Shown: positions 1 through 12,675, counted from the whole stretch's first letter. The stretch: DNA of 63,606 nt, filler included, from Octopus bimaculoides (GCF_001194135.2; 6 parts of 6 records of this genome joined end to end with filler, not necessarily neighbours in it); one strand, 5' to 3'. A program made the numbers and translations. The notes: generated by a model from the sequence alone, not told the origin.

Positions 1-49
<49 letters not shown>

Positions 50-74
50 TTTCTATATGCATACATATATATAT
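1..74. repeat. (AT)n microsatellite
   Basis: Direct reading; flanks the PLE terminal fragment at 75-263. Confidence 0.95.
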
Positions 75-263
75 AGGGAGAAGTCGCAAAAAACAAAAGA
101 CGAAGACAGGCGGTGCAGAAAACAAACAGATGCATTAGCATAACACTCAGGAATTTTAAAAGTATTTAACGTTTCGAGCCTACGCTCTTCCACGGAAAGG
201 AACACAGAAAGAAACGAGGAGAGAAATAAGCAGAGAAAAAAATGTGTGTAGTGGTCAGCGATC
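75..263 (-). mobile_element. Non-autonomous PLE terminal (pLTR-like) fragment, family H1, embedded in (TA)n
   Basis: Reverse complement aligns end to end with 17411-17575 (GATCGCT..CACTA..., CCTTTC..GAAGA.CGTAGGCTCG.AACGT, CTGTCTTCGTCTTTT). Carries a hammerhead-like motif and has TA runs on both sides. Confidence 0.65.
164..199 (-). ncRNA. Minimal type I hammerhead-like motif with non-canonical core
   Basis: Minus strand CTTT-CCGTGGA-A-GAGC(GTAG)GCTC-GAAAC-GTT-AAAT: stem I TTT/AAA, stem II GAGC/GCTC, GAAAC, palindromic ACGT stem III. Core deviates from CUGANGA. Confidence 0.5.
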
Positions 264-786
264 TATATAATTAGCAATTATATATATATAATTTTAATTA
301 ATAATAATAATATTAGTTAATATATTATAGCTATACTTTTATAGAACTATATATATATTTAAAGGGTTGAATGCGAGTTGGCCCTTTAATTGGAGTAATT
401 TCCAAAGATATCTAAGGTTGTTCCTTCGTACGTTACTTTTTAATTTCCTTGTGTAAATCTGTGTAGATATGAAAACTTATATAGAAATATTAAATATATG
501 ATTTAACTTTTTAAACAGAGTTCAACAAATTCATTCATATTTATGTAAATGGAGGAAATTAGATGTTAAAATGCATAATAGCTTTTAATACTCATATTTC
601 TATACAATTATTTCGTACAGAAAGACAAGATATTCATATTAGAAAATCTGAGTTGTCGGAAACTACTCGTCAATAGGTTATATAAAAACTAAAAACACGT
701 TAGGATTACATAGGTGTTGTGTTATTAATCATTTTGTATTGTATTCTTGTTCTTGGAGTCATGTATATTTAAATAGTTCGCCTTCA

Positions 787-1125
787 AACAATGTCAACCT
801 TTTACAGTGAAAAACAACTTCACGTGTGCTTCGGAAAACCTAATATATGTATTAACTTGCTCAGGGTATCGAAAGCAATAGATAAGCCAAACTTAAAAAC
901 AGTCTACGCCAAAGGATGACTCTACGTAGATCCCAGATTAAAATTCGGGAATACAGAAGAAATAGCATTTAGCGAAGACATCGACATTTGCACCACTAAC
1001 GAACAACCCAACTTCGTAATTTGTCCTCTCTATGAAATCTAAGACGATGCAACCTATAATCAGCGCATTAGCAGAGAGTCATATTTTATCGCAAAATATA
1101 AACCCCTTTTGAATGCTTCCACTAC
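787..1125 (+). pseudogene. Decayed PLE GIY-YIG endonuclease domain
   Basis: Manual translation FTVKNNFTCASENLIYVLTCSGYRKQ*ISQT / SLRQRMTL..SQI / NFVICPLYEI*DDATYNQRISRESYFIAKYKPLLNAS, the PLE FTC..N.IY...C..C...YIGQT...L..R and RE..FI...KP.LN pattern, with stops and frameshifts. Confidence 0.8.
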
Positions 1126-1493
1126 AAATGACACCATTACAAGGGCCTTAGAATAATATCTACGCAGATATTAAAAACGATATATTCAGAAGAGTCACTA
1201 ACTATGAACTTATTCAGAACAATTCCAATCACTACTACTATAACCACAACAGGTCACTTTTAGGTCACTTGGCCGTTTAATACCACTCCCGTCTTTTTCT
1301 TATTCTTTCTCTTCTTTTCCTACTCTCTCTTTTTCTTCTTCTTCTTCCTCTTTTTTATCTTCTTCTCGCTGACTCCTTCCTCGGCTACTTCTGCTTAAAC
1401 AATCAAAATCCAGAACTCACATCCCTCATATTAAATCTTTCTTCAGATCTTTACTACCTACCTACCTACCTACCGAGTCTTCACATAAGTAAA

Positions 1494-1605
1494 AGAGAGA
1501 GAGAGAGAGAGACAGAGAGAGAGAGATAGACAGAGAGAGAGAGACAGAGACAGAGAGAGACAGAGAGAGACAGAGACAGAGAGAGACAGAGACAGAGAGA
1601 GACAG

Positions 1606-1636
<31 letters not shown>

Positions 1637-1660
1637 GACAGAGAGAGAGAGACAGAGAGA
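1494..1660. repeat. Compound (AG)n/(AGAC)n microsatellite
   Basis: Direct reading. Confidence 0.9.
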
Positions 1661-2545
1661 AGGAAAATGTCCCACGTATCAGAAAACTATGAAAATATTT
1701 TTAAAATCCATTTCATTTAATTTTTCCATAATTTAATTGTGTTTCATGCTTTACACTAAGTTGAAAAAGACGTAAAGACTGAACCAGTACTAAAATGTTC
1801 TTCATGATAAAATTATTTTACCATTTTCTACCTTGTACTATATTCTTTGTATATNNNNNNNNNNNNNNNNNNNNNNNNNNNNNNNNNNNNNNNNNNNNNN
1901 NNNNNNNNNNNNNNNNNNNNNNNNNNNNNNNNNNNNNNNNNNNNNNNNNNNNNNNNNNNNNNNNNNNNNNNNNNNNNNNNNNNNNNNNNNNNNNNNNNNN
2001 NNNNNNNNNNNNNNNNNNNNNNNNNNNNNNNNNNNNNNNNNNNNNNNNNNNNNNNNNNNNNNNNNNNNNNNNNNNNNNNNNNNNNNNNNNNNNNNNNNNN
2101 NNNNNNNNNNNNNNNNNNNNNNNNNNNNNNNNNNNNNNNNNNNNNNNNNNNNNNNNNNNNNNNNNNNNNNNNNNNNNNNNNNNNNNNNNNNNNNNNNNNN
2201 NNNNNNNNNNNNNNNNNNNNNNNNNNNNNNNNNNNNNNNNNNNNNNNNNNNNNNNNNNNNNNNNNNNNNNNNNNNNNNNNNNNNNNNNNNNNNNNNNNNN
2301 NNNNNNNNNNNNNNNNNNNNNNNNNNNNNNNNNNNNNNNNNNNNNNNNNNNNNNNNNNNNNNNNNNNNNNNNNNNNNNNNNNNNNNNNNNNNNNNNNNNN
2401 NNNNNNNNNNNNNNNNNNNNNNNNNNNNNNNNNNNNNNNNNNNNNNNNNNNNNNNNNNNNNNNNNNNNNNNNNNNNNNNNNNNNNNNNNNNNNNNNNNNN
2501 TATATATATATATATATGTATATATATATAGGGAGAAAGGCTCAT

Positions 2546-2605
<60 letters not shown>

Positions 2606-2700
2606 ACAGACAGATAGACAGATAGAAAGAGAGAGAGATAAATAGATATGGATAGAGAAATACATAAATACATACACACATATGTACATATATGTGTGTG

Positions 2701-2738
<38 letters not shown>

Positions 2739-5020
2739 AGATACATATATCTTTTTGCATATATCTTTTTGCGTGTATACAAGTGCATTTATGCAAATAA
2801 GTGTCTCTTTGTGTACAGATGCATATATGCTCACACCCCCACATAAATTCAAACATACACACACAGCGCGCCAAAACGAAGACTTTTGAACTTTACCCTT
2901 AAGCTGTAATTAGCAGAACCATATGCACGCGCACACATGGCGGTGGGCAACTATGTATACGATTCTGATAATTGCTGCTACATTACAAATCAGGCTGATG
3001 AGGAATAGACAAATGGTAAGAATTTGTTAAATCCGAAGCCTGGTTCCCGTTTAATAATGATTTTTTTTAGGTGATTTTAAATGTCTTGCCCCCTCACGTT
3101 TTTGGTATGCTGCTATATTTCATGTTGAGAACTTTTTAGGTCTTAATAGACACAAAATGTGATCTATTTCTAGCGCATTAATTGTCCACGTTAGTGGTCG
3201 ACGTTATTTTTAAAATGTACCTTAATCCCCTGAGATTGCAGATAATATCTCTGAATCTCTTTGATTCTTTAAATGTGCTGGCCCCCTGATAATTAATCGA
3301 TATTAATTAATATATTAATATATGACNNNNNNNNNNNNTATATATATATATATATATGCGTGTGTATGCGTGCGTGTTTGTAGACAACCATGTATATGTA
3401 TATATATATAGACAGGTCAGATAAAACAAAAACGAGAATTACGAAGGTGATTACAAACGTTTATGAACATAAATACTCGATATATGCACATACACATACG
3501 CGGGCGCATGCGTGAGTGTATGGTTCTACACACACACGCACACACACACACACACACACACTCATACACACACACAATCCGATCATGTATTTACAGCTGC
3601 TTACGTAAACTCATTATTGCTTTATTTTATCTTTATTTTTGGTCTTTGGCTGTTTTATTTTATTATTATTTTTTTTTTCAAACCAAAATAATTCATTCTT
3701 TGATATAAGTCATCTTTACACTTGCGCCAATATCTGAATATGGAGGAAATACATATTCCACAGACACGGGTGAATTGCATCAGCTTTAGTAAATGATTCA
3801 TTTCGGAAAGTAATGTATTCTCTTTGGAAACCATTGGGATTGAATCCAAATGATTATACGAACGTGCCATAATATTTCCCAGACTTTTCATTCGCTTATG
3901 CCATTACACTATATCCTTCTGACTCAATATTCCATAATGCATATTAACGAGTTCCTATTTCGCATATGCTATTATTTCTCTCTCACCACCATATCTACTT
4001 CCCTTCATGTGCTTGTAAACGTATTTAGATGTATGTACGCATGTGCGCATATATATGTGTATGTGTGTGTGTCTATAAATATGTATATTTATGCATTTAT
4101 GAATGTATATCAATATATATATATATGTATATATATGTATGTATACATATATTTGTATATATGTATGTATAGATATATGTATACATATATATGTACACAC
4201 AAACACACACACATATACATATATATATAGAGAGAGAGAGAAAGAGATGCATACATATATGTATATACGTGTGTCTTGCCTGTGGTATATTTATAGAATA
4301 TTACATTGACCAGAAATTCGCAAAATAAATGAATAATGAAATTTTTTTTTTCTCAAATATAAAATAAACATTAACAAATGGAGTTTATTATATTTCATTC
4401 GATGCTTTGAAGTGTTAAATAATGAAGAAAAAAAACTAAGGCTGAACTTTCATCCGGTCTCGTTCGTTTTGTTACTCTTTGGATTTTGTTTATCTTTCTT
4501 CGTCCTACGCAGCGTTAATGTTATCGTCGTTGTCATTGTCTTGTTGTCATCATCATCATCATTCTTTATCATCATCATCACCAGCAGAAGCATCATCATT
4601 AATATTATCATCATCGTCGGCATCACCATCATTATCATTATAACTTTTTATGTCATCATCATCATCTTCTCCATCATAATCGTTGTGGTTGTCACTGCCA
4701 CTATCACAAACACCGCCACCAACATCATCATCAGTTGGCTCTTTGCGTCCTGAGAGCAGCGAATGCAAGGGCAATGATGCTACTGTATCGGTTGATGTCA
4801 GCAGTCTTTTCCTTATAATAATCATCGGTTCTGTCTGGCAGGAATCTTACAATTATGAGCAACTGATTGTCTTCCTAATAAAATCATATCGAGGTCCACA
4901 CGTAAATACTTACACATCTATGCACGCATATATACATTCATACACACACATACGCGCACGCGTATATATTTGTGCGTATGTGTGTGTGTCTGTGTGTGCG
5001 TATCTGTCTGTGTCAGTGTA

Positions 5021-5915
5021 TCAGGTCATCCCATAAGTTCTGTCCGATTTTACCTTTGTTAAAATTGAATGAAATTTAATAGCATTTTAGAATGTCTCAT
5101 GGAATTGAAAATTATTTTTATGCATTTGCATACATTTAAACTAATTAAATATTATTTTACAGAATAATAGAATTAAAATTTCTTTGATTAAAATCCTTTC
5201 TAACATGGAAGTATCCAAAGAGCATTTAAGGCACATAATGCTTTATGAGTACAAAAAAGGAAACTCTGCAGTCGAAGTGACTCGAAACATACACTCAGTT
5301 TATGGGAAAGAATGCTTGAATTAAAGAACTTTCAGAAGATGGTTTGCAAAATTCAGAAGTGGAGATTTCAGCCTTAAAGATGAAGATTGAACAGGACGTC
5401 CGGTTGAGTTTGATGATAAGCTCCGTGAGGCATTACTTGAAAAAAATCCTGCATTATCAGTGGAAGAAATGGCATGAAAGCTTAGTTCAAACCATACAAC
5501 TGTTTGTCGTCATCTTCAACAACTTGGAAAGGTTCCTAAACTTGGAAAATGGGTGCCTCATGAAATTTCCGAAAGCAACCGCAAATCCCGAGTTGACATC
5601 TGCTCTTCTCTCCATTCTCGCGAACTCATTTCACCCTTTTTGATAGACTTGTGACAGGTGAAGAAAAATGGATCTTCTATCGAAATGTTAAACGTTGTAA
5701 ACAGTGGCTTGGTAAAATGGGAAAAGCTCAACCACAAATGAGAAGGGAACTTCATGAGAAATAGTCTCTTCTATCTGGTGGGATTGCAAAGGAGTAATTC
5801 ATTTTGAATTGTTACCACCTAATGCAACAATCAATGCTCAAGTCTACTGTAAGCAATTAGAGCGTTTGAACTAAGTTTTGAAAAAAATGAACACGCTTTA
5901 GTGAATCGAAAGAGG
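5021..5915 (+). mobile_element. Decayed mariner transposon, 5' TIR present, 3' third missing
   Basis: TA followed by TCAGGTCATCCCATAAGTTCTGTCCG (mariner-type TIR). ATG at 5205 gives MEVSKEHLRHIMLYEYKKGNSAVE...RRWFAKFRSGDFSLKDE..GRP...LGKWVPHEI...DRLVTGEEKW...WWDCKGVIHFELLPPNATINAQVYCKQL. First catalytic D (TGDEKW) is E; several stops and frameshifts. Confidence 0.92.
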
Positions 5916-5934
5916 AAAACATTGCTCGTTGCTC

Positions 5935-5975
5935 CTTCACCTGTCTTCGTCTTTTGTTTTCTGTAAGTTTGAATT
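5935..5975 (+). mobile_element. Short 3' tail of PLE family H1
   Basis: CACCTGTCTTCGTCTTTTGTTTT matches the tail of the 75-263 and 17411 copies. Confidence 0.5.
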
Positions 5976-7406
5976 GTATGTGTGTGTGTGTGTGCGAGTG
6001 TGTGTTTGGACACATTTTCGCGCATGTGTACATTATTTTGTATATCTAATAAATCTCATTTTATGAAATGGGAAATGTTTTGTTCCTACATCTTATCGAA
6101 CTGCATTTCCTACATCTTATCGTCTGCATTTCCCTGCAGGTCCTTGAATTTTCTGCAGATGATGAAGCAACAGTTTTTAAGCAGAACTCCAACAGCATTA
6201 TTCTCATTCATCTTGCAGGGGTTGCGAAGATCATGAGTACTGCCTTTTGCTCCAGATCTGCAAGTAGTAAAAACAGTCTAGAACAGAAAGGACACCATTT
6301 TTAAAAAGAGGTGTCAATTGCGGAATATATGGATGTTATTTCTATCAGTTAAATTGATAATGTAGGTGATCTATGTTATTTTTGTTAGTGTGCTGCTCCA
6401 TATTTACTTTTAATAAGCTAAATTATTTCCAAGTATAATCCAGTAATGACAACCCTTCCGATATTTTATTTCTTTTCAGGCATAATGTATCTGTAAAACA
6501 GTAGTGTCTACAAACTAGGTAAAGATTTTATCGATATGTGGTCGCTGAGTCCACCTCAGCCTGCTTCAGCAGGTATTTAAAAGCTTTGAACGGATCATAC
6601 TAGTTTTGGACGACTGGGCATATCCAATATGTCCGTTCTTGCGGCAGTAGCACATGATTTGAGGAAGATTTTGATACGAGTTCTACCAATTTCCCGAACT
6701 TTGTCGAAGGTCTCTCAATAGTGCGTCTTTTTGAAGACTATATGATGGGTCACTTTTGATCGAAGTTTTATAATATGATAAGTCAAAAACTTAAAAATTG
6801 CTTCATGAGCCGTTTACAACACAGAGCACTTAGTATATTCTGAAACAGGTTACCTTAACGGATAACTTCTAATAACATTTGTCAGCTAATAACATTGATT
6901 AAGAAAATATATATTTCTTTTGACTAGGCAAAAGGCCAAATCTTTTCAGACGAAGCCGATTGAATCAATTCTGGTACATTAATATTGGTTATTTTAAAGA
7001 CCACAGAGAGATACAAATCAAAATTGTCTAACGCAGACGTTCTGCTCAGAAAGTACAATTACGAAACAAAACAATTTATGTATAGTGAGAGTTATCACAT
7101 TTGATATGGCAGAAAACAAGATAAATTTGAATAAACAAAGCTAAACTCGTATGGGAGGGAAATGAACACATATCAACGATTTAGTTAACCAAAGGCAAGT
7201 GTGACAAACTGAAATCGAAAGAAGGCGATAACACAGCAACACCTTATTAATTGAAATTTTAAATAGGCAGACATAGCGGTAAGGAAATATAAAATGGTTT
7301 TTCATTTCGATCTTATTCTGCTGGCCTCCTTCAAGACCGAATCACTATGATAAATGCCGTTATGAATTTATATATTTCATATATGTCGTATATTTCTTGG
7401 TTACAG

Positions 7407-7604
7407 CAAATGAAGGTTAGTAAGGGAACGACAAAATATCTGTCAACAGATAAAATTGTCCCTGTGCTACACAAGACAGAGCAAAAATATCAGTGCAAGC
7501 AGGGAAATGGGGAGCTTGGACACATTAACACGAAATTGAAAACACATCTTAAAGAAGAGATGTCAGAGACATTTCAAAATGAAAGTGCAGTACAAAAGTC
7601 ATAG
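7407..7604 (+). other. Candidate host exon (unassigned): 9-nt microexon or 65-codon terminal exon
   Basis: Acceptor TATTTCTTGGTTACAG| followed by CAAATGAAG|GTTAGT; the frame also stays open as QMKVSKGTTKYLSTDK...NESAVQKS*. No recognisable homology. Confidence 0.2.
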
Positions 7605-7710
7605 GTTTATGGAGAGCAGATATTAGCGCATAAAATCACAATTCATTGAAGAAGAAACTAATAAAGCAAATTTTAAATCAAATAATGAAAAGACTATTCT
7701 GTTACAATAT

Positions 7711-8103
7711 TTTATCTTTTACATTTTAATTGTTTCGGTCATTAGAGTGCGGCCATTCTAGGGCACCGCCTTGAGGAATTTTAAGCGAATTAATCGACCC
7801 CAGTACTTTTTATATACTCTTAGTCTATAGGCCGCTTGTGCCAAACCGCTACGTTACGGGGACCTAAACACACCAACAGCGGTTGACAAGCGAGGATGAG
7901 GGACAAAGACAAATACAAGACATAGATGGGGATATAGACATAGATATATATACGGCTGGATTCTTTCAGTTTCCATCTTCCAAATCCACGCACAAGGCTT
8001 TGATCGTACTGAGGCTATAGTAAATGACATTCTCTCAAAATGGTACACTGTGGGACAGAACCCAGAATCATAAGGTTGGGAAGCAAACTTCTTAACACAG
8101 CTA
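7711..8103 (-). mobile_element. tRNA-headed SINE family A, full length, diverged
   Basis: Aligns with 58831-59229 along its length: head, central microsatellite, CGCTTGACAACC, CCCCGTAAC, and GCATGGCCGC-like 3' end. Confidence 0.8.
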
Positions 8104-8703
8104 CTACTGTATTTGGCAATAAATGTAATTGTCGATTATGTACTCATTGAGTTTTATTATTTTCAACACATTTCGGTCGGATAAACGTATTTGCAGTCAG
8201 CATTGACGACAAGAGTATATTAGTGAATTAAATTCATTAGTAATAGCAAATACTGTAATAAGTCAATTAGATTTCAAATGAACATGGGTTTACACTGATT
8301 GGATGTTGCTCTCGTAGCTGTCTTTCTCTCTCTCACTCTCTCTGTCATTCTCTCACTCACACACACACATACACACATACTCGCACATCTCCATCCACAC
8401 TCACTCATAGACACACACACGCGCACACACAAATCACCATGCGCTTATTCTGACATATCCCCAGACATTGTCACGATCAATTTGAGAATCGTTGACAAGT
8501 GTAACTGAAACAGCCCATAACAAATCAAAAACCTCTCTTTTAAGTCACATCTCTGAATATTTGCAGTAAAGCTAATTCAATCTGAGATATAGACTACGTA
8601 GAATCTTATGCTTAAATCTATACATGTGAATTTTCTTGTAGTAGATATACCGATTGCAAGGTAAACACAGCAGTCTATATAGTTTTCAGGACATTGATAC
8701 TTG

Positions 8704-9028
8704 AAAGGTGCGTGGTTTAGTGATTAGGGTATTTGGATCGCGATCTTAGGGTCGCGAGTTCGATTCCTGGCGGTGCGTTGTGTCCTTGAGCAAATTACTT
8801 TATTTCACGGTGTTCCAGTCCACTCAGCTGACAAAAATGAGTAGTACCTGTATTTCAAAAGGCCAGCCTTGTCATACTCCGTGTCAGGCTGAATCTTTCA
8901 GAGAAATATGTGAAAAGGGGTACACGTGTCTGTGGAGTGCTCAGCCACTTGTACGTTAATCTCACGAGCAAGCTGTTCCGTTGATTGTATCTGCTGGGAC
9001 CCACATCGTCGTAACCGACGGAGTGCTT
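8704..9028 (+). mobile_element. tRNA-headed SINE family B (CORE-like centre), full length
   Basis: A box TGGTTTAGTGATT (8713), B box GTTCGATTCC (8758), then TGTGTCCTTGAGCAA...CCAGTCCACTCAGCTG..AAAAATGAGTA. 3' end CGTCGTAACCGACGGAGTGCT is shared with 61686-61908. Confidence 0.85.
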
Positions 9029-10322
9029 CCTGATACTTCAAAGATATTGCTGATATTTTGTAGAAAATAAGTTGATAAAGATTTCACCAGTGATTACATA
9101 TTTCTCTATAATTTACAGAATATACGTCAATGAGGATTATAGATGTCGTAGGTGCTAAATTATTGAAATTGTAGATCATGAAATTTTAGATAATTAACAT
9201 TTTGTCGTAAAGCAAAAACAGAAAGCTTTGTTGTTTTAAATAAATTTTTTCAATATTTTAAAGAAATACGTTCATGACATACCTGGTGCAACTCCTATAT
9301 GTTTATCCAAGGTATTGCTATATCGGACAGAGCTGCCAGAAATTTTGTAGACCCATTAGTATAACACATGCTAATTTCATTGGAAAGGGAATTCGATGAA
9401 GGGGAGTTCTCTTCTAAGAGAATAATGGTTTTTATTCACCGTAAAATATCGTATATCTAATAGTTGTAAGCCTACCGTGGAACCACTGTTTGCTGAAATA
9501 TGAAGAAAGTTTCAAACAATAAGTTATAAATATTTCTTTGAAGGTAAACATCTATTTTCTTTATTGAATCCCTTTCATTATCGGTTAATTGACGATTATA
9601 AAAATCTGGATAAAGACATTGATGCATTGCATAATTGAATATTATTGAATGTTGTCAAAGAAATTGCTTGAAGCAAGTTACATATTTATTTGTAACGACA
9701 GAGAACATTTCTGCAGGTTTATATCAAAGCATATTTATCCTTGATTGCATATCATAAAGGATTTATCGCCTAATTTATTTAATATATTAATGTGCGACCT
9801 GTATTATCATCACATTTTCACATTGCTATTTATATTAAAGAATATTCTTTAAATATATATTACCAAAGTATTTCCAAGCGCTAGTCAACAACAGAGTGTG
9901 TAATAGAAAGAATTGAATGAGAGAAACTAGTCAATTACTAACATTCTTTATGCATTTGGACAGAAACATCTGCATCAATTTCCATTTAGCAATAAGCAAA
10001 GAGATAACTATAAGCTATTCAGTGGTTTGGCTACTTATTTTTGGAGAACTAAACAAATTCATTTGTGATTATAGCCGACATAGGAAGAATACTAATATGA
10101 GCTGGTCAGAATTCAAAGAAAAAAAATGCTTCGTATCTTTTCTTTGGATCTGTCCTCTGTATACTAAACAAATGATATTGGATGTTTTAAAGAAGTAAAT
10201 AACAATAAACAGCATATATTTTTGCAAACATTGTTGTAAGGCTAATCAATTTGTTTAACATGGTGACGATAAGAAACTTTCTTCAGTAAAGTAGCTGCTA
10301 GTATGATTTGATTTCCTTACAG

Positions 10323-10464
10323 CTGCTGGTTAGAAAACATCGATTCTAATGTGGTAGCACCAAATTTAATTGTATGTCTCTGGAAAAACAGAGCTACACT
10401 TCTTACAAACTCATTACAACTTCCAACAACAGTTGTCCTTGGCAAAAATCGATTTCATGATTAA
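10323..10464 (+). other. Candidate exon or pseudo-exon (unassigned)
   Basis: Acceptor TTTGATTTCCTTACAG| then CWLENIDSNVVAPNLIVCLWKNRATLLTNSLQLPTTVVLGKNRFHD*. An overlapping minus-strand candidate also exists, so strand is uncertain. Confidence 0.2.
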
Positions 10465-10744
10465 AGAATCAAAGAAAATTTGGCATCTACTAAGAAAAGA
10501 CAACAGACATTTGTCATATTTGAATTCTTGTGATAGTGTTGGGTTCAGGCCAAATTACTATGTCTTATAGAATTTTCAGTATAGAACCATTGAAGCTTCT
10601 GTTGGTTTTCTTTGTCAACTTGGAAGTACAATTAAATGTTATTTAAAACATCAAAATGTATTTATTGTTCAGTAAGTCGATGATTTGAGTTTCCTTTCTA
10701 GTTACCCATTAACATCTTGTCATGACTTTATTCCTTTTATCATA

Positions 10745-10748
10745 TTTG

Positions 10749-10812
<64 letters not shown>

Positions 10813-10880
10813 GGTTGTTGCTGTTGTTGTTGTTGTTGTTGTTATTATCATTATTAGTAGTAGTAGTAGTATTATTGTTG

Positions 10881-10912
<32 letters not shown>

Positions 10913-10942
10913 GGTGGTGGTGTTGTTGTTGTTGTTATTTTG
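10745..10942. repeat. Compound (TAT)n/(GTT)n/(GGT)n trinucleotide array
   Basis: Direct reading. Confidence 0.95.
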
Positions 10943-11716
10943 TTGTAATTAAGTTTTCTCACACATATGTTTATAGTATATGAGATGTATGAAAAAAAAC
11001 TAAAGTTGTTTCTGCAAAACTGAAGTGATAAAAATAATGAAGTGCTCCCTTAATTGTGAGGGGGGGATCAAAGATTGCTATGGTACCAACATAAAGCGAG
11101 GCGAACATTAAATCCGGTCACTCTTACTAATGGATGAAATGTTGAATGAAGCAAGAATAAATGAATAAAATATTACAGAAGAAAGGGAAATGTTCTTTTG
11201 CATTCGGTGATCCATAGATCACAACTTAAGTTAGTAGCATACGACGTTGCTCTGAGACGAGAGAATAGGATCTTCGGATGTTATTGCGCTTTTAATCTCG
11301 TTTGAAATGATGAACATTATTGTGTATTTATGAGCATGACGTGATTTTGTCGGCAAAATCAGATCCGGGGAAAGGTAAATTATGTATTCTTGCATCATTT
11401 ATGAGATCATAGTGAATTGAGGAAGGTAGAAGGTCTGTCGCGCAATATGATATTAAATAGTTAACAAAAAGCTCTATAGTTTAAGAACAGAATTTTTAAT
11501 ACTTATTACTGGTGCAACGAATAAAAGGGGTAGAGTAAGTCTCTGTTCTGGAGTTTTCCGGGAACACTCGCTTCGTAAATAATGATAAATCAGCCTCAGG
11601 TTATGGACTATTTTCCTAGCATTGATATTTGGGACTGAGAACGTTTTACTGTTAATCTAATTACCCTTAGTAAACATATTCTCATGTATATATGAATATA
11701 TGTATGTATATGCATG

Positions 11717-11776
<60 letters not shown>

Positions 11777-12087
11777 CATACATACATACATATATATNNN
11801 NNNNNNNNNNNNNNNNNNNNNNNNNNNNNNNNNNNNNNNNNNNNNNNNNNNNNNNNNNNNNNNNNNNNNNNNNNNNNNNNNNNNNNNNNNNNNNNNNNNN
11901 NNNNNNNNNNNNNNNNNNNNNNNNNNNNNNNNNNNNNNNNNNNNNNNNNNNNNNNNNNNNNNNNNNNNNNNNNNNNNNNNNNNNNNNNNNNNNNNNNNNN
12001 NNNNNNNNNNNNNNNNNNNNNNNNNNNNNNNNNNNNNNNNNNNNNNNNNNNNNNNNNNNNNNNNNNNNNNNNNNNNNNNNNNNNNNN

Positions 12088-12147
<60 letters not shown>

Positions 12148-12364
12148 ATATATCCACACACACACATATATATACTTATATGTAGTATGTATGCATGCGT
12201 GCATGCATGCATGCATGTATGTATGTATGTATGTATGTATGTATGCATATATGTATGTATGTATACATAAAAGATACTTTCCAGAGGCTCTGAGAGTTGA
12301 GACTTACTTTTAGAAAAGGCGATTTCAACTATCCAAGTTTATTGTAATTTTAGTATATTATTGA

Positions 12365-12500
12365 TTTCAAATTTTCACACAAGTCCAGGTCGTTCGGGGA
12401 AGGAAATTAATGAGTTACATCGACCCTAGTTCTCAACGAGTAACTAACTATTTTATGGAACTCAGAGAATGAAACGTGCAGTCGACCTGGGCGGATTTTA
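12365..12500 (-). mobile_element. SINE family C, degraded fragment
   Basis: Reverse complement contains GGTCGAC...TTTCAT and GTCGATGTAA motifs of family C. Confidence 0.5.
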
Positions 12501-12526
12501 CTATATTATCACTGTTCATCTATGTT

Positions 12527-12675
12527 AGTGAGTTGAGGAAATCGTTAGCATCCCGGATAAAATGCTTAGCGACATCTCGTCCGTCATTATGCTCTGGATT
12601 CAAATAACACCGAGGTTGACTTTGCCTCTCAGCCTTTCGGGGTCGATAAAGTAAGTACCAGTTGAGCACTGGAGG
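12527..12675 (+). mobile_element. SINE family C
   Basis: AATCGTTAGCA...AAATGCTTAGC...TTCAAAT...GAGGTTGACTTTGCCT...CTTTCGGGGTCGATAAA..AGTACCAGTTGAGCACTGG. Confidence 0.8.

Noticed and set aside
1795-2788. ORFs of more than 200 aa spanning N-runs (also at 11.6, 12.7, 16, 26, 33, 40, 44, 56 and 58 kb)
   Set aside because: Open only because N codons are not stops.
8704-8770. tRNA-like sequence with A and B boxes (also 25085-25153)
   Set aside because: No acceptor stem closure, and it continues into a repeated SINE body; a SINE head, not a tRNA gene.
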